DNA of 64,000 bases from Octopus vulgaris (GCA_951406725.2 OX597815.1:63736001-63800000), one strand, 5' to 3'. Shown: positions 24,030 to 37,147, numbered from the stretch's first letter. Numbers and translations are program-made. The notes: generated by a model from the letters alone, not told the origin.

Positions 24030-24725
24030 CGGAAGTTACTTTCAAGCTGTTCGTTTGATAGCGTCCCTTATAACTATGGTTAATATTTCTGGCTAAAATC
24101 CTCGAATTTCTGCAAAGATGCTAACCTTAAGTCGCTAGATTGTCTGGTGTTTATTAATATATAAATGGTCCTTAAAATAACCCAAAATAAAAATAAAAAG
24201 AATTTAATTAGGAGGATCAGATCAGGAGAAAGTGGTGACTATGAAATTTCAGTGTTTCGTAAAATTATTCGATGACCAAAAATTTGTCTCAGAAGTTTCA
24301 TCGTTATCCTGGGTGCAGGAATATTGACATCATCTTGTTGAAACCAAAATGTACGTTTGTCCTGAACTACTGGGCACAAAACCCTCCATCATGGCCTGAT
24401 ACTGTTCCCTAGAGATTGTCATTGCATTGCTGTTTTCATCTTCAAAATACAAAAATAAATAAATAAATAAATAATAATATTATTATTAATTATTATTATT
24501 ATTATTATTATGGTTTCAAATTTTGTCACAAGAGCAGAAATCTTGAGGGAGGGGATGAGTCGATTACATTGATCTCCAGTGTTCAACTGGTACTTATTTT
24601 ATCGACCCCCTAGGGATGAAAGCTAAAATCGACCTCGGCGGAATTTTGAACTCAGGCGTAGGCGACGAGTGAAATATCGCAAAGCCTTTCGTCCAGTGCG
24701 CTAACGATTCTACCAGCTCGCTGCC

Positions 24726-24766
<41 letters not shown>

Positions 24767-24816
24767 TAGTAATAATAATAATAGTAATGATAATAATAAT
24801 AATAATAATAATAGTA

Positions 24817-24866
<50 letters not shown>

Positions 24867-25480
24867 GTTGTTGTTGTTATGTCCAATAATATTTTCTGAA
24901 CTTTGACCACACTAGACTGCATTTGAGAGGATGCAACTCACATTTTATCTCCAGATCGGACAGTTCTGCTTATTAACAAAACCATTCAAATGGAAATGAG
25001 CCTCGTCACTCATTATCAGCTTATGAACATATTCGTTATCATTATTATCCAGCCTTTGAATTTGAATCAAGTAAATTAAGCATTGTCGATGGCCTGTCGT
25101 TTGCAATTTTTATAGCAGTTGAAGTTATCCTGGGTACAGGTACAAATTGTCTCTTTGCAATGCAGTGGCATTCAATACATTTTCCACTCATCAGAGCGTC
25201 TGCGAATCGATGTTCCAGTTTCTTGTTTAACAGAGTCTCACACATGTTGACGATTCATCTGCGAACAGACTACACGTTGTCTTCCACGTTGTGGCAAGCT
25301 ACTCTCTGAGCCTTATTGCCTACAACGACAAACCAGAAAATTCGAAGTGCTTTTCTTGCATCATTTTCTTTGACTATGAATGATGGACAGGTTAAATACG
25401 AAAGAAAAGGCCACGATTTCGGTTCTTTTTTGAGTTGTCAATTTTTCCATTAATAGTTTTCCCGTGTTAAACTAAGTTCT
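24030..25480 (-). mobile_element. Tc1/mariner rosa (DD41D-like) transposase remnant, split by (TAA)n and a SINE
   Basis: IMSDEAHFHLNGFVNKQNCPIW (~24950-25015), YFEDENSNAMTIS, WFQQD, FGHRIILRN...SPDL...WGYFK. Confidence 0.7.
24510..24726 (-). mobile_element. SINE family B
   Basis: Reverse complement reads ggcagcgagctggtagaatcgttagcgc...gagttcaaaattccgccgaggtcga, embedded in (TAA)n. Confidence 0.8.
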
Positions 25481-25552
25481 GAAAAAGAAATAAAAGTATA
25501 GAATATATGACATGTTACAGCAATTTTGAATACTTAGACGACTTTGGAGATA

Positions 25553-25591
<39 letters not shown>

Positions 25592-25617
25592 TACACATAT
25601 GTGTATGTATGTATATA

Positions 25618-25990
25618 TTACGATACAAGGATGTTTGCAAAAGAGACATGAAGGCCTGCGACATCAATATTAGCAACTGGGAAGCAGTTGCCAGAAACCG
25701 TGAAGATTGGCGACGTAGCGTAAAAGAGGGAACACAAAGGAGTCACAGAGAGGGAGAGAGGAGAAATGGAACGACAAGAAAAGACGTCAACAAGAAACTG
25801 TGACATTACAACCAACCAGGCAAAGTCTTCGCTACATTTGCGGCACCTGCCAGAGGGAGTATTTGTCCAGGATAGGACTACACAGCCACAGCAGGAGATG
25901 TATTAGGACATGAAATGTAAAAGCCGGACTAGATTATTTTATGTGCAACTACATTGTCTCCCGAGACAAAAAGGATGCCAACAGCAACAT
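25618..25990 (+). mobile_element. RTE LINE 3' end, strongly 5'-truncated
   Basis: LRYKDVCKRDMKACDINISNWE. Closely similar to the reverse complement of 11180-11527 and ends aaggatgccaacagcaac. Confidence 0.92.
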
Positions 25991-26042
25991 ATATATTACA
26001 GATTAATGAAGAAGACGGAGCATAACAAAAAGCATTTATTAG

Positions 26043-26145
26043 CACAGCAATTGTTTCGGTTTCAAGTTGCATTGCTCCCTATTGAGCGTGGTACGATGCA
26101 ATAACACCAGATGCAACGCACAGTGCAAAATAACCTTTTCAGGTG
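26043..26145 (-). ncRNA. Degenerate hammerhead with extended stem II
   Basis: Minus strand CAC-CTGAAAA-GGTT...AACC-GAAACAATT-GCT-GTG. G8 and the cleavage triplet are mutated. Confidence 0.5.
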
Positions 26146-26824
26146 GCATAATATACTTATTTGGACTTCGCATCAGGATAAATGGTTGTATTGAGAGACT
26201 CTAGCTGTTCGGATGCATTTGTGCTAGTGAGGGGGCTTGGTTAGGAAGAAAATACCAAAATAAAAAAAACAAGTCATTTAACATGAATTGAGTGTTAATA
26301 TTTGTGGTCATGATGTAATTGCTAAAAGTAAAAATTAAAATGAAAATAAGAAAATATAAAAACAACTTACTGTATGAAGCATTAGATTGAGTGGCCTAGT
26401 GTGTAAAAGCCTTTGACTTCTGCTATATATGGCAATTAAGCATGGTCAAATTCAGGTCTTTTGACCTTGGGGCTGCGAACATTTAAACACACTCACATTC
26501 ATAAGTATACTTGTGCGTGCAAGCATGTATACATTCACACGTATGTGCGTCTGCCCATCGCACGCGCGCACACGTATACATATACATATGTACCCACAGT
26601 CATCCAACCAAATGTAAATATTTATTGCTTGACCGCTAAATCCACAAGTTTTTTTTATTCTCTCTGTTTATTTTCTTTTATTCCTTTCAATTGAAGAGCG
26701 TAGGCTCTAAATATAAATAACTTTCTCGCTTTCTCGAGCCTCAAACTAATTCACCCGCTTGTTGTTCATACACCTATCTTCGTCTTTTGTTTTACTCTAA
26801 ATTTCAACTATATATATATATATA

Positions 26825-27507
26825 TGGTAGTAGTTGCTTTGCGCATTTCTCAATGTGTTCACTAAAAGGTATCATTCCGTATTCTGGGAATGCAATCTGT
26901 TGTCGATGCAGTGTGCATCTACGTCTGAGTGATAGTCCCGTGGATCCCACGTAGTCTTGGTGGCAGCCCGAGCATTTTATGACATAAATTATGTTTTCAG
27001 AGGCACAAGTAAAATTAGATTTGATCTTGAATTTTTGTCCCTCTTTGAAGAGGAATTCTGATCCTTCTAGCAGGTTTGGACATGTTGCACAGTTCGGTCT
27101 ACCACATTTTTTTACTTTTGTATCCGTAATTTCAGAAAACAATTTTGATTTTGTGAGAATCTTTTTAAGTGATTTAGGTTGTTTGTAGTTTTTAATGATT
27201 TGGTGTATGTTTAAAATTTCCTTTAATTTGGGGTCCTTATGAAGTATTGGTAAATTCTGGGTGATGATGGTGAAGGCTTCTTTGTTTCTGGGGTTGTATG
27301 TGGATATGTAAGGTAGTATTTTCGGGGAAGGTGTGTTGTTGTGTTGAACTTTTCTTAAAGTTTCTATGTTGATTTCTGTTGCACGTCTGATCCCATCCTC
27401 TATGAGTTGAGCTGGGTAATGTCTGTCAATTAGGGTGTTTTTGAGTTCTTGCAGTCTAAAGTTCCTGGTATTTTGTTCTGACACTATTGTGCATATCCTT
27501 CTTGCCA
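26825..27507 (-). pseudogene. PLE RT thumb-linker-GIY-YIG fragment (core of ORF 26804..27526)
   Basis: ARRICTIVS, RHYP, YISTYNP, KQPKSLKKILT, CGRPNCATC, FTCASENIIYVIKCSGCHQDYVGSTG..LRRRCTLHRQQI. Confidence 0.9.
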
Positions 27508-27663
27508 CAATTTTTAATCTTTCCATTTTACCAATGTGCTATCGGAACACCAACACAAATTAGACTAAACAAGGAAACATTCTTCATTGAAAAGTACAAG
27601 CCCAGACTTAACCATTCCAACATACTTATACAGAGAAATTCACTCCAAAGGAAAGACAAATAA
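27508..27663 (+). pseudogene. PLE GIY-YIG C-terminus
   Basis: QFLIFPFYQCAIGTPTQIRLNKETFFIEKYKPRLNH...KDK* contains the R...E..FI....P.LN motif. Confidence 0.8.
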
Positions 27664-27778
27664 TTTTAAGCAATTATCTCCCTTACACCTGAAGAAATCA
27701 CTTATTACCTCCCCTTATTTAGAACTCTTCTCAACATAAACATAACGATAACTCTTCTCAACATAAACATAACGATGT

Positions 27779-27818
27779 AAGAAATTTGAAAAGCTGAACG
27801 CGAAACCGGTCATTTCTT
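27779..27818 (+). ncRNA. Minimal hammerhead in PLE pLTR, two core substitutions
   Basis: AAGAAAT-TTGAAAA-GC tgaac GC-GAA-ACCGGT-C-ATTTCTT with a 7-bp stem I and palindromic stem III. Confidence 0.7.
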
Positions 27819-27935
27819 CTAAACTATGTCATTGTAAGAAAAAAATTTGTAATATTCTTCAGACATATCGACTCAAATATATATTTTTTAACCTTTTAAA
27901 ACAAGCCTTCTGTAGTTTTTTCACTTTTTACTATT

Positions 27936-27972
<37 letters not shown>

Positions 27973-27973
<1 letters not shown>

Positions 27974-28608
27974 TAGCAGTATCGCCCGGCGTTGCTCGGG
28001 TTTGTAAGGGAAATAACTATATAAGCATTTTTAGAGAGTTATAGCCAAAAAATAGCAAAAAATGCATTAAAAATGGAAAAAATATGATGGTAAATTTTTT
28101 TAAAAATCGTTGACTCATCGTAGACATTTTTAGAGAGTTACTTCCCTTATATAATAGCGAAAAAATGCATTAAAATGGAAAAAAAACGATGGTAAATTTT
28201 TTTTAAATCGTAGACTCATGTAGACGCTTTCTTAGCCATTTCTGTTTTGGTGTCTTCAAGCCATGAAGTCGTTGTTCTAAAAGAACACTGGTCTCCTTGA
28301 CAACGCATTACGACGTTGATTTCCTTACACTCCCTTCTCCACAGGTGCAGGTGTGAGCGTGGACGCCAACTCCGCCGCCATCGACACACGAAAAATTATG
28401 CATTAAAATGGAATAAAAAATGATGTTAAATTATTTTTAAAATCGTAGACTCATCGTAGACGCGCGCTAATATTCAGACGGGCTCGATATTAATCACGAC
28501 TATAAGCTACCCGAATTTGGTTAAACTGCACCGCAAAATGTGGGAGTAGTTAGGAATCTAAATCGAAGGGGACAGACACTCACACAACTACAGTTTTATA
28601 TATATAGA
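27973..28608 (-). mobile_element. Non-autonomous Helitron
   Basis: Minus strand A|TCTATATATATAAAAC...CCCG agcaacgc CGGG hairpin...CTAG|T. An internal block (aaaaatgcattaaaatggaa...aaatcgt.gactcat) occurs three times. Confidence 0.8.
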
Positions 28609-28639
28609 TATACATAGCGCAGTAGTGGTGAGATGTGAC

Positions 28640-29005
28640 AGCAAAGAAAAGCATACATTCACTCTCTGCATGCAATTAGACTCGGAAAGTTCGTGAGGAA
28701 CCCATTGACCCAATTTGCTGACTTTTCCGATAGCACACAGGTCTCAATGAATGGTTGAATGACCAAATCCAAGCTTCTCTGCTAGTTCCTCAACAGTTAC
28801 GATGAGATTTTGTTCCACCAGGGTTTTCAGGATGTCCTTGTCGAGTTCTACAGATCTTTCAGGATGAGGCTCGTCTTCTAGGCTGTAGTTTATGGCTCGG
28901 GATTTCTGGAACCACCATTGACACTGCCTTACGCTTATTGTCCAATCCCCATATACTGCATTAATATTTCTTGTACTTTGCACACATTTATATTCTGTTA
29001 TTCTT
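28640..29005 (-). mobile_element. Mariner transposase N-terminal HTH fragment
   Basis: RNINAVYGDWTISVRQCQWWFQK...SLEDEPHPERSVELD..LKTLVEQN..VTVEELAEKLGFGHSTIH. Confidence 0.8.
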
Positions 29006-29236
29006 TTATATGTTTCAGCCTTGAGGTTGTGGCCATGCTGGATCATGTGTGTGTGTGTGTGTCTATCTGTCTGTCTGTCTGTATGTATATATGTATATGT
29101 ATGTGTGTGAACAATAATATTTTCAACAGATGTGTTGCAAATGTATCTGATTGTTCTCAAGCTTCAATACTGTGTGTGTGTGTATGATAGTGTGTGTGTA
29201 TGTATGTATGTATATGTATGTATGTATGTATGTATG

Positions 29237-29267
<31 letters not shown>

Positions 29268-29294
29268 GTGTGTGTATGTATGTGTGTGTGTATA

Positions 29295-29325
<31 letters not shown>

Positions 29326-29777
29326 ATGTATGTATGTATGTATGTATGTATGTATGAGTGTATGTTCACTTTATTACTAATTACTCTCTTCCAAGAACAT
29401 TTTCACCCACTTTTAGCTCTTAGCTTCCCATACATTTTACTCATGTATCTATCAGCGTCATAGACAGAATACTTTCACTTCAGTCTTCCTGAAATCACTC
29501 TGTCGCTATTTACTTTCATTTTATTCGTTGCCCACTGTGTGTGTGCGTTTGCGTGTGGTGTAAACCAGACTAAGAAAAGCATTTGACACACACACCAGAA
29601 TGTGATTTTTCTGTAAATTTTGCTTAATTGGAGTTTAAATTTTAAAAACTGGACCTGGCATGACGCGATGCATTGTACTCTCAAAAATGCTAGGTAAATT
29701 GTAATTGAAGAAATCCTATATTGTAGATTTGTATAACTCCCAAAGGGAGGCAGATAAAATCTGCCTTTTATAATAAG

Positions 29778-29819
<42 letters not shown>

Positions 29820-30059
29820 TTGTACATATACATATTCAAAGACATACATACACATATAAGGACTACCTGCTGAAGCTGCTAAATTACAATTGTTTAAATT
29901 ATTTTCTACTGAAGACCTGGCATTTTAGCGTGATCATCCAATCACGGAACGATTACTACCAAACATATTAATATTCGTTTGCAAAACAGGTGTAAAGGTT
30001 AAGCAATTTATGATGCCATATTAAATTGACGAATTAATTCTTTTGTTTAACCTGCTATC

Positions 30060-30116
<57 letters not shown>

Positions 30117-30117
<1 letters not shown>

Positions 30118-30361
30118 ACACAAATGGGGTTTAAAATTTACAGCTGTTTCAGTAAAATTTTATTGACGTATTTATAGATTACATCATATCACATAATTCA
30201 GGTGAAAGAAGACCTTCAAGATGACGAACCCAAAGAAAACTTGGTTGGATTCCACATCGTCAAGGAATTATCTCTCCTGTTTATGCTACGATGTAGTCTA
30301 TGAATTCCTCAATAAAACTCTACTGAAACAGCTGTCGTATATTTTAAACCCCATATGTGCT
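30117..30361. repeat. Imperfect inverted repeat (~85-bp arms)
   Basis: atggggtttaaaat..acagctgtttcagta...ttttattga versus tcaataaaac..tactgaaacagctgt...attttaaaccccat. Confidence 0.75.
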
Positions 30362-30698
30362 CATTTTATAACTACGCCGCGCCTAGAACCAACCCTGGAT
30401 CGAATCTACAGATTTAACGTATCTACAGTGTCCACTATAATACCTAGCCATTTCTGGCATCCTACGTGTTGATGTGCCTAGATTCAAACGAGTCATATAA
30501 CTAACCTGTGAGTGTGTATCTATCTGTGTGAGAGTGTATATGTGTGTGTGTGAGAGAGAGAAAGAGAGTGCGTGTGTGTTGTGTGTGTATACGTATACAA
30601 ATACATATATGCACACTCCAGTGAGGTTAGATAAATGGATAGATAAGTAGATAGGTAGACAGATAGATATAGATAAACAGACAGGCAGGAAGACAGGC

Positions 30699-30806
<108 letters not shown>

Positions 30807-31179
30807 CGACTGACTCGTTTATTGTCTGCTAGATAATTGGTTGGAGATAAGAATGTTAGAAGAATGTAATTAGCTGATTTCCATTCCAACGTATAACCTT
30901 CTGAATATGACTTTCAGCAACGTCTCTTGGGATTAAGATCGGTGTTTTACACGTCTGAGATGGAATAGGGACCTGCAAACTATTCTGTGATCGTTTGATC
31001 TGCAAGAAATAATAGTCAAATCACATTGAAGTTATATCCTACCGTCTGAAAAATGAACGGTACATGAAATCATAAGGTCCTAGATTTACTTTGTGAATAA
31101 AAGAAGTGAGTATCGGGTATCTGTCTTATAAGGTCCGACTGGGGATTAACAATAACAAGAAAAAAATTGATATTTTGAC

Positions 31180-31374
31180 AAGCGCAAGCATCCCTGTGTG
31201 GTTAAAGAGCTCGCTTTGCAACAATGTAACTTCGGGTTCAGTTCCACTGCGAGGCACCTTGGAAAATTGTCTTCTACTAAAGCCCCGAGCCGACAAATGC
31301 CTTATAAGTAAATTTGGTTGACAGAAACTGTGTTAAAACCTATTTTGTATGAGCGTATATGTATGTAAGACTGG

Positions 31375-31426
<52 letters not shown>

Positions 31427-31810
31427 ATTTCTTTTATTTGTTTCAGTCATTAGATTGCAGCCTTGCTGGGGCATCGCCTTGATATAAATATGGAACGCTT
31501 CACGAATATCGTCTATATCGTTCTAGTTTTAGTATATATGATAGGCAAAGTAATACATATATGAATGCATATATCTATATGCGTCTTTGTGTCTGACACC
31601 ACCATCACCACTTGACAACCGGTGTTGGTCTGTTTACGTCCCTGAAATTTAGCTGTTCGGTAGAAGAGGTCGATGGAATAAATACCAAACTTTAAAAATA
31701 TATATATATAAAAAAAATAAGTACTTGAGTCGATTTGTTCGACGAAACCCTTCAAAGTGGTGCACCAGCGTGGGCGTAATCCGATGACTGAAACAAGAAA
31801 AACATAGAAT
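31180..31810 (+). mobile_element. SINE family A, fragmented
   Basis: Head gcgcaagcatccctgtgtggttaaagagc...gggttcagttccactg, tail ggtgcaccagcgtgggcgtaatccgatgactgaaacaag. Confidence 0.7.
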
Positions 31811-32344
31811 CTAATGATGTCAATTATATCGACTCGTCGTCTTTGTAAAGCGACGTCGGTGGTATGGTAGCAACGTCAGCGGGGAGTATCAGGGGTTCAA
31901 ATCGAGCCAGTTTAAGCTCATCTTTGTTTCTCGAGCGAGGTCAATAAAATAAATAGCGGTCGTGTGCCCCAGGGTTAAATCTACACATTATGTGCCGTCT
32001 CTGTGGAGTCATCATGGTTTTATGAAGACAAATCACAATTGCACAAGTAATTCTAGACGGATGTAAGTACACAACACACACACAAACATATATAAACATA
32101 CACACATGCACGTGCGTGTACACACACACACACACACTCACATAAACATACAAAAGATGTGCACGCACACATCTAAATAATAAATGTATGCATATATATA
32201 TACATATATGTATATGCATATATATATATACACACACACATATATATATATGTATACATACACACACACATATATATATATATATGCATACATATATATG
32301 TATATACATACATATATATATATGCATATATGTGTGTGTATGCA

Positions 32345-32382
<38 letters not shown>

Positions 32383-34296
32383 TGAGAAGCATACATTTAT
32401 ACTGGCATACGTCTTTGTTATGTGTACATATAGCTATGAGTATATGTTTGTGAGAGTCTACACAAGCACACGTACTCACATACACGCACGCACATACATA
32501 CATATATACACGCATATATTCCTGAAAGACTTCGTACGTGATCTTTTATAGGTGTGTATGTGTGTGTGTTTCTGTGTGTTTGTCTGCTGTTAATGTTCGT
32601 CATCCGGGAAATTTCGGACAAAATCTTGGTGACGTCAATCGCCTCGATGCAATCGAATAGAAAATTCGAGATATTCCAACTGATTGACGCCAAGAGGCCA
32701 GTGAAAGCTTGCAGGCTTTAGATATATCATATATGGTGGTGGTAGCGGTGGTGGTGGGGGAAGGGGGTACGTGAGTGTGTGTGTATGTGTGTGTGCGTGT
32801 GTACGTGCGATTACGTGTGTATGTGTTTATTTGTGTGCGCGTGTCTTAATGCGTGCGTACGTGTGTGTATACGTGTATGTATACGTGTGTGTGTGTGTGA
32901 TGTGTTAGTAGACGAGGAGATTGGGTTGAGACGGTGATGGTGATATTGGCTGCTCCTGCTGCTGCTGCGGTGGTGGCGGCAGCGGCGGCGACTGATGACG
33001 ATCATGATGATTATGGTGATGTTGATGGAAATGTTTTTGTTGTTTTTGTTGGTCGTGATGGTGGTGGCGGTGGAAATAAATAGTGAAGTGACGACTCTGA
33101 TGCTGGCTAGAGATGGAAATCTGGTGGTAATGGCGGTGGTTATCGAATTCGTGTTGATGGTGGTGATGGACGTAGTAATGAGGGTGGCCGAGGTGGTTGT
33201 TAGTCACGATGATGGTGATCGTGGTATCGGTGTGGTGATGGTCGTGGTTGCAGTGGTGATGACGGCATCGATGGAATTGGTGGTGGTGGTGGTGGTGGTG
33301 GCTAAGTTGATGCTAATGAGGACTAGAGATGGTGAAACGGTGGTGGTAAAGATAGGGATGGTGTTTTCTGGTTGCCGGTGGTGGTGGGGCTCGACGTCGT
33401 CGTGATGGTTAGCGGTGGCGGTAGGGGGTGTCGGCGGCGGTAGTGTTGGTGTTGTTGTTGGCGGCAGCGGCGGTGGTGGCAGAAGTGGTGATGCTGGTTT
33501 TGTTGTTGTTGTTGGCGGTGGTGGCGGTGGCAGTATTGATGGTAGTGATGGTGGTGCTGGGGGTGCCGGTGGTGTTGTTTCGGCCCTGAAGTGTTTGGTG
33601 TGAGCTTTTCAGAATCGTCCTGCGGAAGAACATATCGTATGTGACGCTAGATTTTATGGTTGAATAACATCGAAAGAAATAAAAGAAAAGGGAGAGAGTG
33701 AGAGAGAAAGTGAAGGAGATAGGGAGAGAGAGACGGGGAGAGGGATTGAGAGAGTAGTGATATAAGAACGAGAGGGGGTAACATGAGAGAAAGTGACATG
33801 AGAGGGTGAAATGAGAGAAGCAGAGCCTATTACAAAGAGTGCAATGTACTGTCGAATATCTTTGTATGTATGTATGTATGTATGTATGTATGTGTGTGTG
33901 TGTGTGTGTGTGTATGTGTGTGTATGTATGGATGGATGTATTTATGTGTGTGTGTGTGTATGTATGTATGTATTATGAATGTATGTATGAATGTATGTAT
34001 GTATGGTGACGTCCTGTACCCATATATGTGTGTGTGTATATATGCTTATATACATAGATGCATACATATATGTCCACAAACATATACGTATACCTACATG
34101 CATATACATAAATGTATGTATGATGATGCATGGGACTATGTAGATGTATGTTTATGTCTCTGTGTGTGTACATATATGTATATATATATATATGTAAACA
34201 CGCATACACACAGCCTCCACAGTTATTAGATCATGGATAACAAGCTGAGAGTCTGTTCTGAAATTATATATATATGTATATCGATATATGTATTTA

Positions 34297-34376
<80 letters not shown>

Positions 34377-34501
34377 GAGATGTAGTGCCATAAAAGTACT
34401 CAAAGAATAGTTACCGATATATTAGAAATTAGAGATGCGACATTTGCCTTCAGAATAAAACATGAAACGGTGCTAAACCAGCCTCAAAAATGGTATAAAC
34501 A

Positions 34502-35470
34502 CAGGGCGTTGGGGCTAAATTCTAAAGTTTGCATAAAAGGAATAGAAAACACAATACCCCATCCAAAATTTAAAGTATTTTTAAAATAATAAAAATGTGA
34601 ACTGACTGTGACTGGGAGATAAGAGTTTACTAAATGTAGCCGGTCCAATATCCAGTATATTCTTAAGACGGTTCTGGAACCTGGCGCATGCGCTCCTCAT
34701 TGCATCCCTGGGAAGATCTTTGCAACCAGCTCGGTCTTAGTGTTGCAAGCAGAGCAGTTGATCAATTAGAATCCACTGTATTAGAATCAGGGGAATTAGA
34801 AAGCAAGAAGTCGTAGAAATTCTCCTACAATCACTTCTAACTCTTTCCCGAGGTATGGCAAGCAGCTGAATCCTGCTGCCACTTACATGGCCTTCCAGCA
34901 TCTACTCTTTCCAGCCAGTTATTGACTACAGTTTTCAGCAGGCCCTGTTCAAACCTCACAGGAGACACACGCATAGACTACCACAGTTTGGAGGAACTTG
35001 ATTTTCACGATGGTAGGACATCACATAGATAGGAGACAAGCAGCCTGTTGTTCTGGGTGATGTGAAGCTGATCCTAGTAGGAGTTATTTCCATCTTAGAA
35101 GGGCCAGATCATACCCCAGCATTATGGTAGCGGCTCTAACACCCATCTCTCCCGTCAAATCCGGATGCCCTTGCTCAGATCTTCCATTACCTTGTCCTAC
35201 AGCAGTTGGATGAATTATGGCCTGCGGATGCCGTTACAACGCTTGTTGTATCCCTTTCTGATGACCATGGTTTAGTAGTCTCTGATACAGCTCTCCATGT
35301 GTCGTCTTACAGCCTTTACAGTGTTCACAGAGTACTAAGCAGCCGTCATGATGTCGTCGGCATTTTGATACCCGGTGCGAATCATCATGATACAGGTAAC
35401 TTTCTTCCAGTATTCAGATTTCTTCCAGTCGTTCATTTCAGCTAACCTTTTCTCAACTACAACTTCAATC
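34502..35470 (-). mobile_element. maT (DD37D-like) Tc1/mariner remnant
   Basis: Minus strand WLERVDAGRPCKWQQDSAACHTSGKS...ENFYD...NSPDSN..., RFQNRL. Confidence 0.7.
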
Positions 35471-35939
35471 TTTATGCTCTCCAACGCCATTGACACACAC
35501 ACACACACACATAAATGAAGCTGTTCTTGAAACAGGAGACATAAAATATTGTCAAATTTAATCCAAAACTCTGTATATACGTATGTGAAGAATTATCCAT
35601 GATTCCGTAACACAGACATAGCTTTCTTGATAATTTTGAACTTTGTGAAGAAGGCAAAACTAAGACCCCTGCTTCTCTCTCTGAGGTAAAATACTACCCA
35701 TGGAACTCAGATGGACAGTAGAAATACATGATATAACATCCTCTCGAATAAGACAAGCAGTTGACCATGCAATTCCCCCCTCTCTACGCCACCTGTGTTT
35801 TTTAAGGAACTGCTAGCAACCTTGGCCGATATATTCTGACACCAGTGTTGCTGTCAGAGCACAAAGAGCTGGAGCAGATACTAGGAAACATTTTGTCCGA
35901 CTCTCATGACAGTTCCACCAACTAATCGCCTTGTACGAT

Positions 35940-36070
35940 TATTTTTATACTTTTCTATCGATACAATCATAAACGATAAAGTTGACCTCAGAGGATTTGA
36001 ACTCAGAACACAGAGACTTGCAGCACATTCTTACGCAACACTAACTGCCATCCTCCCACCAATTCGCCGC
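35940..36070 (-). mobile_element. SINE family B, decayed
   Basis: aaagttgacctcagaggatttgaactcagaac...ccaattcgccgc. Confidence 0.6.
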
Positions 36071-36425
36071 TGTCAATACGCACAAAACGAAACACTTCTA
36101 ACTTGAGACGTACAACCACACACTTGTTCAACGAGCATTTAGCTATAAGTTGAAGAATGTGGCACGGTTGAATATGTATCTGGTTTAGAGAAAGTAGGAT
36201 GGTGAAATGAAACAAAAATAAACTTAAGCAGTTACAATAGCTACTGGTACGCGGACGTGGGTATGATTCTAGAACCTGATGATACGACTTGCTTCGATTT
36301 CCTCCTTTTTGTTGGGTGGGGTGCAATATGCTTCTTTAAAAGATAGTGCAAGCACTCAACGTTTCAAATGGAATAAGATCTTGAGACAATTCGAAATAAC
36401 AGGACGAAGGTGGTTCTGAAGCTAA

Positions 36426-36457
<32 letters not shown>

Positions 36458-36659
36458 ACACGTTTGCTTATGTTGTTGGATTGGTGGGAAAACATATTGC
36501 AGAAGATATGGTCTTTATCGGAATCGAAACTGAAAGTTTGACTTGCGACTCGCGTTTCATTTCATTGCGATCACCTCGACATCGCAAGAGGTGAAACTCA
36601 GTTATGCGTGTGTGTGTGTTTGTGTGTGCAAATATATGTATATGTGTATGTATATATAT

Positions 36660-36716
<57 letters not shown>

Positions 36717-37106
36717 ACGCATATATTTATGTTTTGGAACACAGAATCTCGAAGCACATAAATATTATATTGAAATCGTAGGTAGCCAATAGCTTTAATT
36801 TATCATTTTTGTCGAGACGTGTTAAGGTTGTCGTCTTTCTGTTTGTTTCATAAACATTGGTTTACTGGTTTGCTTTTGGGTTTAAAGGTATTTATAGTTT
36901 TATGTGGTTCGAGATCCACCGTTCCAAAAAAGAAATTTTTCATGCTTTCTCGGAAGCTTATAAATTCTTATGATGTCAACAAGATATACTATATAAAATA
37001 TGTATATATATTAATATGGTGAGTTTATTGATGCACTGAATTTTTGAACAAATATCAATTCAATACATGGTATGCAGTATATAGTTTCTTTAAACTAAAT
37101 TGGTTT

Positions 37107-37147
37107 CTAGCGACTCGAGTTTCATTCCATTCCGATCGTCAGACAAG
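37107..37147 (-). ncRNA. Minimal hammerhead motif, core intact, stems I and II weakened
   Basis: Minus strand CTTGT-CTGACGA-tcggaatggaat-GAA-ACTCGAGT-C-GCTAG. Confidence 0.55.

Larger units (their letters stand above)
26825..27938 (+). mobile_element. Penelope-like element 3' portion with inverted 5' segment
   Basis: 26825-27507 encodes the RT C-terminus, linker and GIY-YIG on minus. 27508-27663 encodes the endonuclease C-terminus on plus, followed by a pLTR with a hammerhead. (TA)n lies on both sides. Confidence 0.85.

Noticed and set aside
27723-27776. Perfect 27-bp tandem duplication
   Set aside because: An ordinary local duplication in the PLE 3' region with no evident function.
28020-28465. 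Repeated blocks suggestive of a CRISPR-like array
   Set aside because: Only three degenerate internal repeats of a Helitron, in eukaryotic context with no cas genes.
32905-33633. His/Gln/Pro/Thr-rich open frames resembling a transcription factor exon
   Set aside because: Degenerate (GGT/GAT)n sequence is open in several frames on both strands, is bounded by stops, and has no convincing splice sites or domain.
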